Assembly (NCBI GenBank): GCA_036398925.1
Contig: DASWOB010000071.1
Coordinates: 8,425 to 72,424, forward strand
Direction of reading: 5' to 3'
Source of the DNA: Thermoanaerobaculia bacterium
GTDB lineage: Bacteria; Acidobacteriota; Thermoanaerobaculia; Gp7-AA8
DNA length: 64,000 nucleotides
Below the pieces are notes generated by a model that saw nothing but the letters and a program-made list of their open reading frames with translations, had not been told where the DNA came from and did not search any database. Of the stretch, positions 43,920-52,824 are shown one piece after another. The stretch's first letter is position 1. Every line of letters begins with the position of its first letter. The position numbers and the translations under genes were made by a program.

Positions 43920-44189
43920 ATGAGCAATGGGAATCGCGTTACCATCGACCGGGTTGGCCGGCTGGTAATTCCGAAGGAAATCCGTGACGAAGCGGGCATC
44001 GAGCCCGGTATGCCGCTGAGCATCGTCTGCCGTGAGGGCCGCATCGAGATCGAGCCGGAGCGCCGGCCGATCCGCATCGTCAAACGAGGCCGCCTTCAGG
44101 TCGCCGAGTCGGTCGAAGAACTGTCCGAGCCGCTGACCGCCGACACCGTCCGCCGCACGCAGGCCCGGGTCCGGAGTGAGGAAGAGTAG
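43920..44189 (+). CDS. vapB: AbrB/MazE/SpoVT-family antitoxin
   Basis: SpoVT-AbrB fold motif VTIDRVGRLVIPKEIRDEAGI. 89 aa. Its end abuts the PIN gene start (shared nucleotide 44189). Confidence 0.8.
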   Translation: MSNGNRVTIDRVGRLVIPKEIRDEAGIEPGMPLSIVCREGRIEIEPERRPIRIVKRGRLQVAESVEELSEPLTADTVRRTQARVRSEEE

Positions 44190-44626
44190 TGGCCGCCAGT
44201 CCGATCGCTGCCGATTCGTCCGTGATCATCGCCGGCCTCGTCGCCTGGCACGAGCGCCACACCCCCTGCGCGGCCGCGCTCGAAGGAGCGCTCGCCCGCA
44301 AGGCGCTGGTGATCCCGGTGCCGGCGCTCATCGAAAGCTACGCCGTGCTCACCAAGCTCCCCGCGCAGCACCGCCTCGCGCACGCCGACGCCTTTCACCT
44401 CCTGCGCAGCAGCTTCAGCACCGCCAGGACCGCCGCACCGCGCACGCGCGACACCTGGTCGATGCTCCGCCGCTTGTCGGTCGCCCCGACCGGCGGCAAC
44501 GACGTCTACGACGCGGTGATGATGCAGGTGGTCGTCGAGTCGGGGGCGAAGACGCTGCTGACGCTGCGGCGGCGGGAACTGGAGCGACTGGGAGTGACGG
44601 GGGTGGAGTTGCTCGAGCCGGTTTAG
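44189..44626 (+). CDS. vapC: PIN-domain toxin (VapC-like)
   Basis: GTG start. Acidic residues at PIN-typical positions (ADSSV, LIESY, YDAVMM). About 145 aa, immediately after the antitoxin gene. Confidence 0.7.
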   Translation: MAASPIAADSSVIIAGLVAWHERHTPCAAALEGALARKALVIPVPALIESYAVLTKLPAQHRLAHADAFHLLRSSFSTARTAAPRTRDTWSMLRRLSVAPTGGNDVYDAVMMQVVVESGAKTLLTLRRRELERLGVTGVELLEPV

Positions 44627-44647
44627 GTTCGGCCGCGCGTCTCGTCG

Positions 44648-45808
44648 TCAATGCAGAAACATCGGCATGCCCATCACTTCCGCCACCTTCGGGCGAAAGT
44701 TCGCGGCGTCGTAGAACCGCGGGACATCCACGCGTTTGTCCGACTGGCCTGTGACCGGGATCGGCACGGCGGTGTAGCGGCCATCGACCACCGCCACCAT
44801 GTGCGCGGGGCCGCCGCGCCGGACCAGGTCGGCCGCGAGGGTGCCGAAGTTCTTCGCCACGATGAGGTCGAGGGAATCGGGCGCGCCGGAACGCATCAGG
44901 TACGCCAGGCGCTGGTAGATGACTTTTTCGCTGGCCCGCTCCTCGAGATGCTCCGCGAGCATGCCGCCGATGCCGCCCAGGCGACGCTGGCCGGCTTCGT
45001 TGGCGATGCCGGTGGCGACGACCTGGCCGGTGGTCGTGCGTGCCCCCTCGGAGATCGCCACGATCGCGTAGTTGCTCGGGTTCTCGGCCTTGTCGCGGGC
45101 CAGCATCTCGAAGATCTGGTCGGGATCGAACGGCACCTCCGCGATGATGGCCCGGTCGACGCCGGAGAGGTACGACGCGAGCAGGCAGGTCTCGCCGGAG
45201 TTGCGGCCGAAGAGCTCGACGACCAGGAAGCGCTCGTGCGAGCCGGCGGTGGTGCGGAGGTCGTTGATGAACTGCACCGAGCGCGTCACCGCCGTCGAAA
45301 AGCCGAGGCAGTAGTCGGTGCCGAAGACGTCGTTGTCCATCGTCTTCGGGATGGCTACGACCGGGACGCCTTCCGCGTGCAGGCGGCGGGCGAAGTTGAG
45401 CGTGCCGTCACCGCCGAGCGCCACCAGCGCGTCGAGGCGCAGGTACTCGATGACCCGCAGCGCGGCGCGGGTCAGGTCATAGCGTTCGCGGTCGTCGGGC
45501 GCGCCTTTTTCGGGGAGGAGGTGCTCCGGGATGTGCTCGAGCCGGCTGATGGCGGGATTGATGCGCGAGGTGTGGAGGATCGTCCCGCCGGCGCGATCGA
45601 TGGGGCGCGTGTTGATCCGGTTCAGCGGCAGGATCCACGGCGTATTGTCGGCCTCGGGATCCGGGACGATGTTCAGCAGGGAGGCCCAGCCGCGGCGCAG
45701 TCCGAGAATCTCGCAGGGCTCTTCGAGCATCCGGGCAACGAATGCTTTGATGGCCGCGTTGAGGCCGGGGACGTCGCCCCCGCCGGTGAGGATTCCAACT
45801 CGTTTCAT
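44648..45808 (-). CDS. pfkA: 6-phosphofructokinase (ATP/PPi specificity not decidable by eye)
   Basis: MKRVGILTGGGDVPGLNAAIKA, ALGGDGTLNFA, IPKTMDNDV. Confidence 0.9.
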   Translation of the reverse strand: MKRVGILTGGGDVPGLNAAIKAFVARMLEEPCEILGLRRGWASLLNIVPDPEADNTPWILPLNRINTRPIDRAGGTILHTSRINPAISRLEHIPEHLLPEKGAPDDRERYDLTRAALRVIEYLRLDALVALGGDGTLNFARRLHAEGVPVVAIPKTMDNDVFGTDYCLGFSTAVTRSVQFINDLRTTAGSHERFLVVELFGRNSGETCLLASYLSGVDRAIIAEVPFDPDQIFEMLARDKAENPSNYAIVAISEGARTTTGQVVATGIANEAGQRRLGGIGGMLAEHLEERASEKVIYQRLAYLMRSGAPDSLDLIVAKNFGTLAADLVRRGGPAHMVAVVDGRYTAVPIPVTGQSDKRVDVPRFYDAANFRPKVAEVMGMPMFLH

Positions 45809-46926
45809 GAGCGCAGTCGCGCTTGCGCCGCTTGTTCGCCCTCGGGGAAGAAAACGACCTTCAGCGCCTCATGGCGATCGAAGCGGCCCATCCCTTCGTG
45901 GAAGTCGTGCAACGAATCGTACGTCGCCTGCACGACCCACTCCACGTCGAGACCCGCGCGCAACAACGAGAGCATTCGCTGCCAGGTTGAATACATCCGC
46001 CGGCCGATGATCCCGTGCATCGTCACTCCTTTAAAGATGACGTTGCGGGTGTAGTCGTCGATCGTCACCGCGTTGCCGGCCGGCAGCCCGAGGAGGGAGA
46101 GCGTGCCGCCCATGCGAACGATGTCGAGGCCGAAGTTGATCGCCGCCGACGAACCCGACATCTCGCAGACCAGGTCGACGCCGACACCGTCGGTGATCGC
46201 GTCGATGGCCTTCTTCACTTCCTTCGGAGCGACCGAGCGCACGTTGAAGGTATGGATGTTGGCGAAGCCACGGCCGGCCGCCCAGCGGCGGGCGGTCTCG
46301 AGCTGGTGATCGCTGACGTCGGTGACGATCACGGTCGACGCACCGCTGTGCTCCGCGATCGCGGCCGACATCGCCCCGATCGGACCGAAGCCAGTGATGG
46401 CCACGCTTTTGCCGGCGAGGTCGAGGATCTGCGTCGTGTGCACGGCATTGCCGAGGGCGTCGAGGAACGCGCCGACGCGCAGGGGGACCGTGGCCGGGAG
46501 CTTGATGACGTTCGACGACGGCACCTTCACGAACTCCGCGAACGCGCCGTCCTCGTGAAGGCCGTAGATCTTCGTCCGGATGCAGATGTGTCCCTGGCCC
46601 GAGCGGCACTGCGGGCATTCGTCGCAGATGATGTGCATCTCCGCCGAGACGTAGTCGCCGACGGAGAGACGTCCCTCGTGCGCGCGCTCGGCGCCTTCGC
46701 CGATCTCCTCGACGAAGCCGCAGAACTCGTGACCGTAGATGCGCGGCGGGGTGACGGACGGCTGGATCGACGGATCCCAGTGATAGATGTGCTTGTCGGT
46801 GCCGCAGACGGCCGCCGCGGCGACGCGGATCAGCACTTCGCCGGGCCCCGGTTTCGGGACCGGACATTCACTGACGATGGTCCCGCCGGGACCGTCCTGG
46901 GGCGCTGATTTGACGACGGCTAGCAT
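45805..46926 (-). CDS. tdh: L-threonine 3-dehydrogenase-like Zn-dependent dehydrogenase
   Basis: Start at MLAVVKSAP. AVCGTDKHIYHWD, YGHEFCGFV, structural Zn site CDECPQCRSGQGHIC, Rossmann motif ITGFGPIG. ATGA overlap with pfk. The upstream part of ORF 45805..47718 is out-of-frame overlap with the next gene. Confidence 0.8.
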   Translation of the reverse strand: MLAVVKSAPQDGPGGTIVSECPVPKPGPGEVLIRVAAAAVCGTDKHIYHWDPSIQPSVTPPRIYGHEFCGFVEEIGEGAERAHEGRLSVGDYVSAEMHIICDECPQCRSGQGHICIRTKIYGLHEDGAFAEFVKVPSSNVIKLPATVPLRVGAFLDALGNAVHTTQILDLAGKSVAITGFGPIGAMSAAIAEHSGASTVIVTDVSDHQLETARRWAAGRGFANIHTFNVRSVAPKEVKKAIDAITDGVGVDLVCEMSGSSAAINFGLDIVRMGGTLSLLGLPAGNAVTIDDYTRNVIFKGVTMHGIIGRRMYSTWQRMLSLLRAGLDVEWVVQATYDSLHDFHEGMGRFDRHEALKVVFFPEGEQAAQARLRS

Positions 46927-46943
46927 GGCGGCGGCGGATGCTA

Positions 46944-47909
46944 TCACGCGCGTTCCAGCGTTCTTTTCCGGAACGCTTTGCGTAACGAACGCAGCGCCGT
47001 ATCGGTCCACTGCTCGAGCAGCGGATCCTCCGCGACCGAGTACGTGCGCGTCCCTTTCGGCAGCTCCGCGATGAACTGCGAGATCATCCAGATCAGCGTG
47101 TCGGGGTCGCGGACGAAGAGGTCCTTGTGCAGGCCTCCCTCGACGCAGTGGATGCGCTTCGAGCCGTGGCCGCACGTTTCGACGATCTCGTGGGCCATGA
47201 AGCAGGGGATGACCTCGTCGTCCGTGCCGTGGATGACGAGTAGCGGCACTTCCAGCCGCTTGATCACCGAAAGCGTGTCGAAAAGGTCGCCAGCGAAGTA
47301 ATGCATCGGCAGGCGGGGGAAGAGCACGCGCGTGATCCGCGGCAGGCTGGTGAACGTCGACTGCAGGATCAGCCCGTCGAACGGATGCCGGCGGATCACC
47401 TGCGCTGCGACGGCCCCTCCCAGCGAGAAGCCATAGAGCACGGACGGCAGATCCTTCGGCCGGATGCGGTCGTGGAAGCGGGCCGCGGTGATTCCATCGG
47501 CCAGGACGCCGCGATAGGTCGGCGTGCCGCTGCTCTTGCCGAAGCCGCGGTAGTCGAAGAAGAGGACGTTGAAGCCGGCGTTCAGCAGGTGAGGGATGAC
47601 CGCCGCGCTGATGGTGAGGTTGCCGGTGTTGCCGTGGCAGAAGAGCCCCGAGGCGATCGGCTTTTCGGCGCGGCAGTACCAGCCGTGCAGCAGTTCGCCA
47701 TCGGGCGTCTCGATCCACTTCTCCTCGACCGCCCCTTCCGGAATGCCGTAATCCTTCGGATCCCAGGAGATGACCGGGTCGGGCGAGGGGCAGAAGATCT
47801 GGGTGTGGCGATAGATGCGCCGGCCGATGTCGACCGCGGCGGCAAACGCGGCGGCGCCCAGCAACAGCGGTAGTGCCGTGTCGGTCCAGGCGGTCGAGCG
47901 TTTCTTCAT
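46944..47909 (-). CDS. Alpha/beta hydrolase with an N-terminal membrane anchor
   Basis: TM segment ALPLLLGAAAFAAAV, HGNTGN oxyanion region, GFSLGG nucleophile elbow, late HG..D..I and His contexts. Confidence 0.85.
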   Translation of the reverse strand: MKKRSTAWTDTALPLLLGAAAFAAAVDIGRRIYRHTQIFCPSPDPVISWDPKDYGIPEGAVEEKWIETPDGELLHGWYCRAEKPIASGLFCHGNTGNLTISAAVIPHLLNAGFNVLFFDYRGFGKSSGTPTYRGVLADGITAARFHDRIRPKDLPSVLYGFSLGGAVAAQVIRRHPFDGLILQSTFTSLPRITRVLFPRLPMHYFAGDLFDTLSVIKRLEVPLLVIHGTDDEVIPCFMAHEIVETCGHGSKRIHCVEGGLHKDLFVRDPDTLIWMISQFIAELPKGTRTYSVAEDPLLEQWTDTALRSLRKAFRKRTLERA

Positions 47910-47912
47910 GAT

Positions 47913-48008
47913 GGTTCCTCGGGTTCCTCGGTTCCTCGGGTTCCTCGGGGGGAACTCCCTCGAAGCGCCGAGGAACTCCGAGGAACCCGAGGAACCGAGG
48001 AACCGCCT
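47913..48008. repeat. GGTTCCTCG-array palindromic element
   Basis: Four GGTTCCTCG units, a spacer, then four CGAGGAAC(C/T) units. Lies in a divergent intergenic region. Confidence 0.85.
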
Positions 48009-48028
48009 CTACCGGCTGAGCAAGAGTT

Positions 48029-48469
48029 TTGCCGTGCTACATTTCGCGCAAGGTGCGCTACCACGAGTCGCGGGCGCGTGTGCGCTACAAGGAAACGGAC
48101 CAGATGGGCATCGCCCATCACTCCAATTACGTGGTCTGGTTCGAGATCGGCCGCACGGACCTCTGCCGCGCCGCCGGGTTTCCGTACACCGACATTGAAT
48201 CGCGTGGATTCCTGCTGGTGGTGACGGAGATCGGCTGCCGCTACCGCAGCTCCTTCCGCTACGACGACGAAGTGCTGATCCGCACCCGCATCGCCGACTC
48301 CGGCAGCCGCGCCATCCGCTTCGCCTACGAGCTGTACGACGCCACCGGCACCGAACTGCGCGCCGACGGCTTCAGCGCCCACGTCTGGGTCAGCGGCGCC
48401 ACACGGCGGCCGGTGCGGGCAGATGCCGATGTGACGACGGCGTTTGCAGCGTGGGGGACGGCGGGGTAG
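48029..48469 (+). CDS. YbgC/4HBT-family acyl-CoA thioesterase
   Basis: RVRYKETDQMGIAHHSNYVVWFEIGR hotdog motif. The ORF opens with TTG at 48029. The in-frame GTG at 48053 is an equally plausible start. Confidence 0.85.
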   Translation: MPCYISRKVRYHESRARVRYKETDQMGIAHHSNYVVWFEIGRTDLCRAAGFPYTDIESRGFLLVVTEIGCRYRSSFRYDDEVLIRTRIADSGSRAIRFAYELYDATGTELRADGFSAHVWVSGATRRPVRADADVTTAFAAWGTAG

Positions 48470-48590
48470 CTGCTCAGCTATTCAGCTCCTCAGCTGTTCA
48501 GCTATTCAGCTCCTCAGCTGTTCAGCTATTCAGGCCTCTACACGTGCACTCGCCGCCTGAACAGCTGTGTAGCTGAACAGCTGAGCAGCT
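48468..48590. repeat. Palindromic element with arms made of tandem 8-mers (TCAGCTNN)
   Basis: Left arm has about 8 units (CTCAGCTATTCAGCTCCTCAGCTGTTCAGCTATT...). Right arm has about 4 complementary units (CTGAACAGCTGTGTAGCTGAACAGCTGAGCAGCT). Confidence 0.85.
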
Positions 48591-48603
48591 CCGCGAAGCG
48601 CCC

Positions 48604-49026
48604 CTACAGCCGCATCATCGGACTCTTCAGATACTGATCCGGGCTGGCCATGAACGTCCGCCGGTTCTCCTCGGACGAAAAGTAGAAGATCCGCCCCTTG
48701 TACTCGAAGGTCGGGGTGGTGGCGCGGATCGAGATCTTGTCGCCGTTGATCGGGTCCATGGCGATCGCGGGGGTGAAGGGGAGGTTGGAGCGGAGCTTGT
48801 CATCCTCGGGGGTGAAGATGATCGGCTTCGGCGTCTCCCACGGCAGCGCTTTCGGTTTCGGCGGCGGCGCTTCGTCGACCAGCATCGGCGGGGGATCGAG
48901 CGGGGCCGGTTGCGGCGGCACGGTGTGGATCGAGCGCATCTCCGCGGCGGCAATGGTGTTATCCGGCGGAGCGTCGCTGCAGCCGAGCGGCGCGAGTGCG
49001 AGTACCAACAGAGCGATACGCCTCAT
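48604..49026 (-). CDS. YHS-domain-like lipoprotein
   Basis: Start at MRRIALLVLALAPLGCSD (lipobox). Pro-rich linker. The C-terminal EYKGRIFYFSSEENRRTFMASPDQY resembles a YHS domain. Confidence 0.6.
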   Translation of the reverse strand: MRRIALLVLALAPLGCSDAPPDNTIAAAEMRSIHTVPPQPAPLDPPPMLVDEAPPPKPKALPWETPKPIIFTPEDDKLRSNLPFTPAIAMDPINGDKISIRATTPTFEYKGRIFYFSSEENRRTFMASPDQYLKSPMMRL

Positions 49027-49078
49027 CTGGAAGGACTTCACTGCGAACAGCACGCCAGCGCGTCGAGGAAGGATTTGT

Positions 49079-49165
49079 TGGTGCCCGGGACTGGAATCGA
49101 ACCAGCACCCTCTAATGAGGACAGGCTTCTGAGACCTGCGCGTCTACCAATTCCGCCACCCGGGC
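49079..49165 (-). tRNA. tRNA-Leu (anticodon CAG), class II with a long variable arm
   Basis: Reverse complement GCCCGGGTGGCGGAATTGGTAGACGCGCAGGTCTCAGAAGCCTGTCCTCATTAGAGGGTGCTGGTTCGATTCCAGTCCCGGGCACCA. It shows a 7-bp acceptor stem, an anticodon loop CT-CAG-AA, a TTCGATT T-loop and an encoded CCA. Confidence 0.93.
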
Positions 49166-49275
49166 AAGAGGGACCGCGATTGTATTGGCAACCGGAGGAA
49201 TGTCAATTGCCTGAGTGAAATTCCAGAATGCTTCCCTCGCCCGGACGAAACGAATATCCTGAGTCGCGGAACGAA

Positions 49276-49896
49276 ATGTCCGTAGCGACCCCTGTGGAAC
49301 GCGCCCACGCAGTGCGACGAAATCCTTCGAACGAAATCTGGAATCTGCCGAACGCGCTCACGCTGTTCCGCATCTTTCTGGTCCCCTTCCTGGTGGTCGT
49401 GCTGCTCACCAAATTCACCGGCCGCGAGTTCGTCGGCCTGGCGATCTTCCTCATCGCTGCGATCACCGACTTTTTCGACGGCTGGATCGCCCGCCGCCGC
49501 AACCAGACCACGCGCATGGGCGCCCTGCTCGACCCGATCGCCGACAAGCTGCTGATGTCCGCCGCCTTCATCTCCCTCGTGGAGATGGATCCGGTCCACG
49601 TCCCGGCCTGGATGGTGGTGATCATCATCGGCCGCGAGTTCGCCGTTTCCGGACTGCGCTCGATTGCCGCGCAGCAGGGGGTGACGATCGCCGCGTCACC
49701 GCTCGGCAAGGGGAAGATGGTCTCGCAGGTCGTGGCCATCTCACTGCTGATCCTCGGCTATCAGCTCGGCCAGTTGCGCGTGACCGGCAAGTTCGCGCTC
49801 TGGGCGGTGATGTTCTTCGCCCTGGCCTCGGGCGTCGATTACTTCATCAAGTTCGCCCGGGCGATCCTGTTGGATCACTCCAGTAAGAGCCGGTAG
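49276..49896 (+). CDS. pgsA: CDP-diacylglycerol--glycerol-3-phosphate 3-phosphatidyltransferase
   Basis: NLPNALTLFRI and the CDP-alcohol phosphatidyltransferase motif DFFDGWIARR....G..LDPIADK. The start may instead be at 49228. Confidence 0.9.
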   Translation: MSVATPVERAHAVRRNPSNEIWNLPNALTLFRIFLVPFLVVVLLTKFTGREFVGLAIFLIAAITDFFDGWIARRRNQTTRMGALLDPIADKLLMSAAFISLVEMDPVHVPAWMVVIIIGREFAVSGLRSIAAQQGVTIAASPLGKGKMVSQVVAISLLILGYQLGQLRVTGKFALWAVMFFALASGVDYFIKFARAILLDHSSKSR

Positions 49897-50696
49897 ACGT
49901 CGTTCTTCCGCAGCCCGAACTTTTCGGCCACCGCCTTCACCGCGTCGTTGCGCCGCATCCCGCTCTCGCGCAGGCGGTCGAACTCCGCGCGGATGGTCTC
50001 CGGTGACGTCTCCTCTTCGACTTTCGCCGGCGCGGCGAGCACCATCGTGATCTCGCCGTGCACCCGGTCGCGTTCTTTGAGCGTGGCCAGCACCTCGGAG
50101 ATCCGGCCGTGGACGAGCTCCTCGTGCATCTTGGTCATCTCGCGCGCCACGGTCACTTCGGTGTCGCCGAGGACCTCCAGCGCGTCCTCGAGCGACGCCA
50201 CCACCCGCTCGGGTGATTCATAGAGCACGGTGGTGTGGCCGAGCTCCGCGGCACGACGGTAAAAATCGAGCCGCTCCCCCTGACGGTGCGGGGTGAAGCC
50301 GAGGAAGGTGAAGGGGAGGGGAGCGATCCCGCTGCTGGCGAGCGCCAGGACGCCGGCGAACGGGCCGGGAATCGGCTCGATGGCCAGCCCGCGCTCCCGC
50401 GCCAGGCGGACGATGCGATAGCCGGGATCGGAGATCACCGGCATCCCGGCGTCGCTGACCAGCGCCAGCGTCTCCCCCCGCTCGACCCGGTCGGCCAGCA
50501 GCGTCGCCTTCGCATCCTCGTTGTGCTCGTGATAGCTGTCGGTGGGGCGGTCGATGCCGAAATGCGTCAGCAGCTTCCGGGTGTGCCGCGTATCTTCGCA
50601 GAGGATCAGGTCCGCCGACTTGAGCGCATCGACCGCCCGCGGCGGAAAGTCGCCGAGGTTGCCGAGAGGGGTGCCGACGATCAGGAGCTTGCCCAC
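49875..50696 (-). CDS. rsmI: 16S rRNA (cytidine1402-2'-O)-methyltransferase
   Basis: GKLLIVGTPLGNLGDFPPRAVDAL...LILCEDTRHTRKLL. GTG 50696 is preferred over ATG 50771 because the extra N-terminus would run through a REP hairpin and overlap the upstream gene. Confidence 0.85.
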   Translation of the reverse strand: MGKLLIVGTPLGNLGDFPPRAVDALKSADLILCEDTRHTRKLLTHFGIDRPTDSYHEHNEDAKATLLADRVERGETLALVSDAGMPVISDPGYRIVRLARERGLAIEPIPGPFAGVLALASSGIAPLPFTFLGFTPHRQGERLDFYRRAAELGHTTVLYESPERVVASLEDALEVLGDTEVTVAREMTKMHEELVHGRISEVLATLKERDRVHGEITMVLAAPAKVEEETSPETIRAEFDRLRESGMRRNDAVKAVAEKFGLRKNDVYRLLLE

Positions 50697-50748
50697 GCGC
50701 GCAGTGTAATCGGGGCTCGTCTGGTGTGGGCTTCCAGCCCGTGCCCCG

Positions 50749-51468
50749 TTACCGCGTCGCGCGCTGCGCAAAACTGCGAGACAGCAGGATCGCCGCCGAC
50801 GAAGCTACATTCAGCGACTCCACCCGCCCCGACATCGGGATGGAGAGCAGCGCCGAATGCCGCAGCAACTCCTCCGAGACGCCCGCCCCCTCATTACCGA
50901 ACAGCAGAATCGCCTCGCGCGCCGGCGGATCGGCGGGGGAGCCGTGCATGGCGGTGGCGAAGAGCGGAAGACCGCTTGCGATCAGCTCCGTGGCCGTGAC
51001 GTTCGCGATCGGCACGTTCAGCACCGCGCCGACCGAGGAGCGGATCGCCTTCGGACCGAACGGATCGGCGCAGCTGGGGAGGAGCAGCACGCCCGACGCG
51101 TCGAAGGCCGCCGCGAGCCGGACGATCGTCCCGACGTTGCCGGGATCCTGCACGCCATCGAGTGCCACCGCCACGCTGTCGCAGCGGGCGAAGATCTCCG
51201 CCGCGTTGCCCGACTTGCGCGAGAAGAGGCCGATCACGCTCTGCGGCGAACGGGTCTCCGCCAGCGAATCGAAGAGCTCGTGCGAGAAGGCCACCGCATC
51301 GCGGCGCTCGCTTTCGCCCCGGGTGACGATGGCCAGCGGACGCCACCCGGCAGCGATGGCATCGGCCACCGGCTTCGGCCCCTCGATGACGATCTCCGAG
51401 TCGTGCTCGCGAATTGCTTCGCGGATCCGTTTGTAGAGCGTGTTCTGCCGGCTGCTGATCGACTTCAT
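50749..51468 (-). CDS. TrmH/SpoU-family RNA 2'-O-methyltransferase
   Basis: Start at MKSISSRQN. SpoU motifs DGVQDPGNVGTIVR, LLFGNEGAGVS, IPMSGRVESLNVASSAAI. Confidence 0.88.
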   Translation of the reverse strand: MKSISSRQNTLYKRIREAIREHDSEIVIEGPKPVADAIAAGWRPLAIVTRGESERRDAVAFSHELFDSLAETRSPQSVIGLFSRKSGNAAEIFARCDSVAVALDGVQDPGNVGTIVRLAAAFDASGVLLLPSCADPFGPKAIRSSVGAVLNVPIANVTATELIASGLPLFATAMHGSPADPPAREAILLFGNEGAGVSEELLRHSALLSIPMSGRVESLNVASSAAILLSRSFAQRATR

Positions 51469-51490
51469 GAATACGCCCGCGATGATAGAT

Positions 51491-51600
51491 GCGGTTCCTC
51501 GGAGTTCCTCGGAGTTCCTCGGGTTCCTCGGCCCAACTCCGCACTCCCCCGAGGAACCGAGGAACCCGAGGAACTCCGAGGAACCCGAGGAACTCCGAGG
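51491..51600. repeat. GGTTCCTCG-array palindromic element (largest copy)
   Basis: Four units on the left (GCGGTTCCTCGGAGTTCCTCGGAGTTCCTCGGGTTCCTCGG) and six complementary units on the right (CGAGGAACCGAGGAACCCGAGGAACTCCGAGGAACCCGAGGAACTCCGAGG). Confidence 0.9.
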
Positions 51601-51617
51601 TGATATAACGACAAAAG

Positions 51618-52820
51618 ATGACGACGATGACTCGAACGTCCATCCGTTTCTCACCGCGCGTGACGGCCATGCAGGAATCGCCGACCCTCGCGGTGTTGAA
51701 CCGGGCGACGAACCTCGTCGCGCAGGGTGTGGACATCGTCGACTTCGGCCCCGGTGAGCCCGACTTTGCGACACCGCGCAACGTCGCCGCCGCGGGACAG
51801 AAAGCGATCGCGGATGGCTTCACCAAGTACACCAATGCCAGCGGCACGAAAGCGCTGCGCGACGCGATTGCCGATCGCTACAACCGGCGCTACGGCATGA
51901 GCCTCACCGCCGCGCACGTGATCGCCGGCAACGGCGGCAAGCAGGAGCTGTTCAACGTCATGCTGGCGCTGATCCAGGAAGGCGACGAGGTGATCATCCC
52001 CGCGCCGTACTGGGTCAGCTTCCCCGATCAGGTCGCGTTCGCCGGCGGCAAACCGGTCTTCGCCGAGCTCGATGCGGCGACCGGCTTCCGGGCCACCTTC
52101 GCCGACGTCGAAGCGCGCATCTCCGACCGCACCCGCGGGGTCATCCTCAACTCACCGAACAACCCTACGGGTGCGGTCATCCGCGCCAGCGAGCTCGAAA
52201 AGATCGTCGAGCTCTGCGTCGCGCGCGACCTCTTCCTCGTCTTCGACGAGACCTACGAGCTGTTCGTCTACCAGGACAACGAGCACGCCTCCGCCATCAA
52301 GTGGTTCGAGCGCTATCCGGAGACGATCATCATCGTGAACTCGATGTCGAAGACGTTCGCGATGACCGGCTGGCGCCTCGGCTACGCCATCGCCCATCCC
52401 GACATCATCGCCGCCCTCGGCAAGATCCAGAGCCACTCCACCTCCAATCCCAGCTCCATCGCCCAGGTGGCCGCCCTCGAAGCGCTCCGCGGCGCCGACG
52501 AAGACGTCCAGCGGATGTACGAGGCCTACTGCGAGCGCCGCTCGTTTCTCATCCCCGCCCTCAACGCCATCGAAGGGATCTGCTGCACCGACCCCGACGG
52601 CGCCTTCTACGTCTTCCCCGACGTCTCCAAATTCTTCGGCCGCCGCGGCATCAAAGACTCGCAGTCGTTCGCCGACTACCTCCTCGACGAAGCCCGCGTC
52701 GCCGTCGTCCCCGGCGCCTCCTTCGGCAACGACAATTTCGTACGAATCAGCTACGCGACGTCGATGGAGCGCATTCGTGAGGGCGTGACGAGAATCGAGG
52801 AAGCGCTGGGGAAGGTGTAA
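51618..52820 (+). CDS. Class I/II pyridoxal-phosphate-dependent aminotransferase (aspartate aminotransferase-like)
   Basis: GEPDFATP, NSPNNPTG, and the PLP-lysine context NSMSKTFAMTGWRLGY. Confidence 0.9.
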   Translation: MTTMTRTSIRFSPRVTAMQESPTLAVLNRATNLVAQGVDIVDFGPGEPDFATPRNVAAAGQKAIADGFTKYTNASGTKALRDAIADRYNRRYGMSLTAAHVIAGNGGKQELFNVMLALIQEGDEVIIPAPYWVSFPDQVAFAGGKPVFAELDAATGFRATFADVEARISDRTRGVILNSPNNPTGAVIRASELEKIVELCVARDLFLVFDETYELFVYQDNEHASAIKWFERYPETIIIVNSMSKTFAMTGWRLGYAIAHPDIIAALGKIQSHSTSNPSSIAQVAALEALRGADEDVQRMYEAYCERRSFLIPALNAIEGICCTDPDGAFYVFPDVSKFFGRRGIKDSQSFADYLLDEARVAVVPGASFGNDNFVRISYATSMERIREGVTRIEEALGKV

Positions 52821-52824
52821 CGAG

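Noticed and set aside
45805-47718. 637-aa ORF as a single gene
   Set aside because: Only the last 373 codons match threonine dehydrogenase-type Zn-ADH. The upstream part overlaps the alpha/beta hydrolase gene out of frame.
49079-49165. tRNA-Leu as an integration hotspot or genomic-island boundary
   Set aside because: I could find no integrase, no direct repeat of the tRNA 3' end and no compositional break nearby. The flanking genes are housekeeping.
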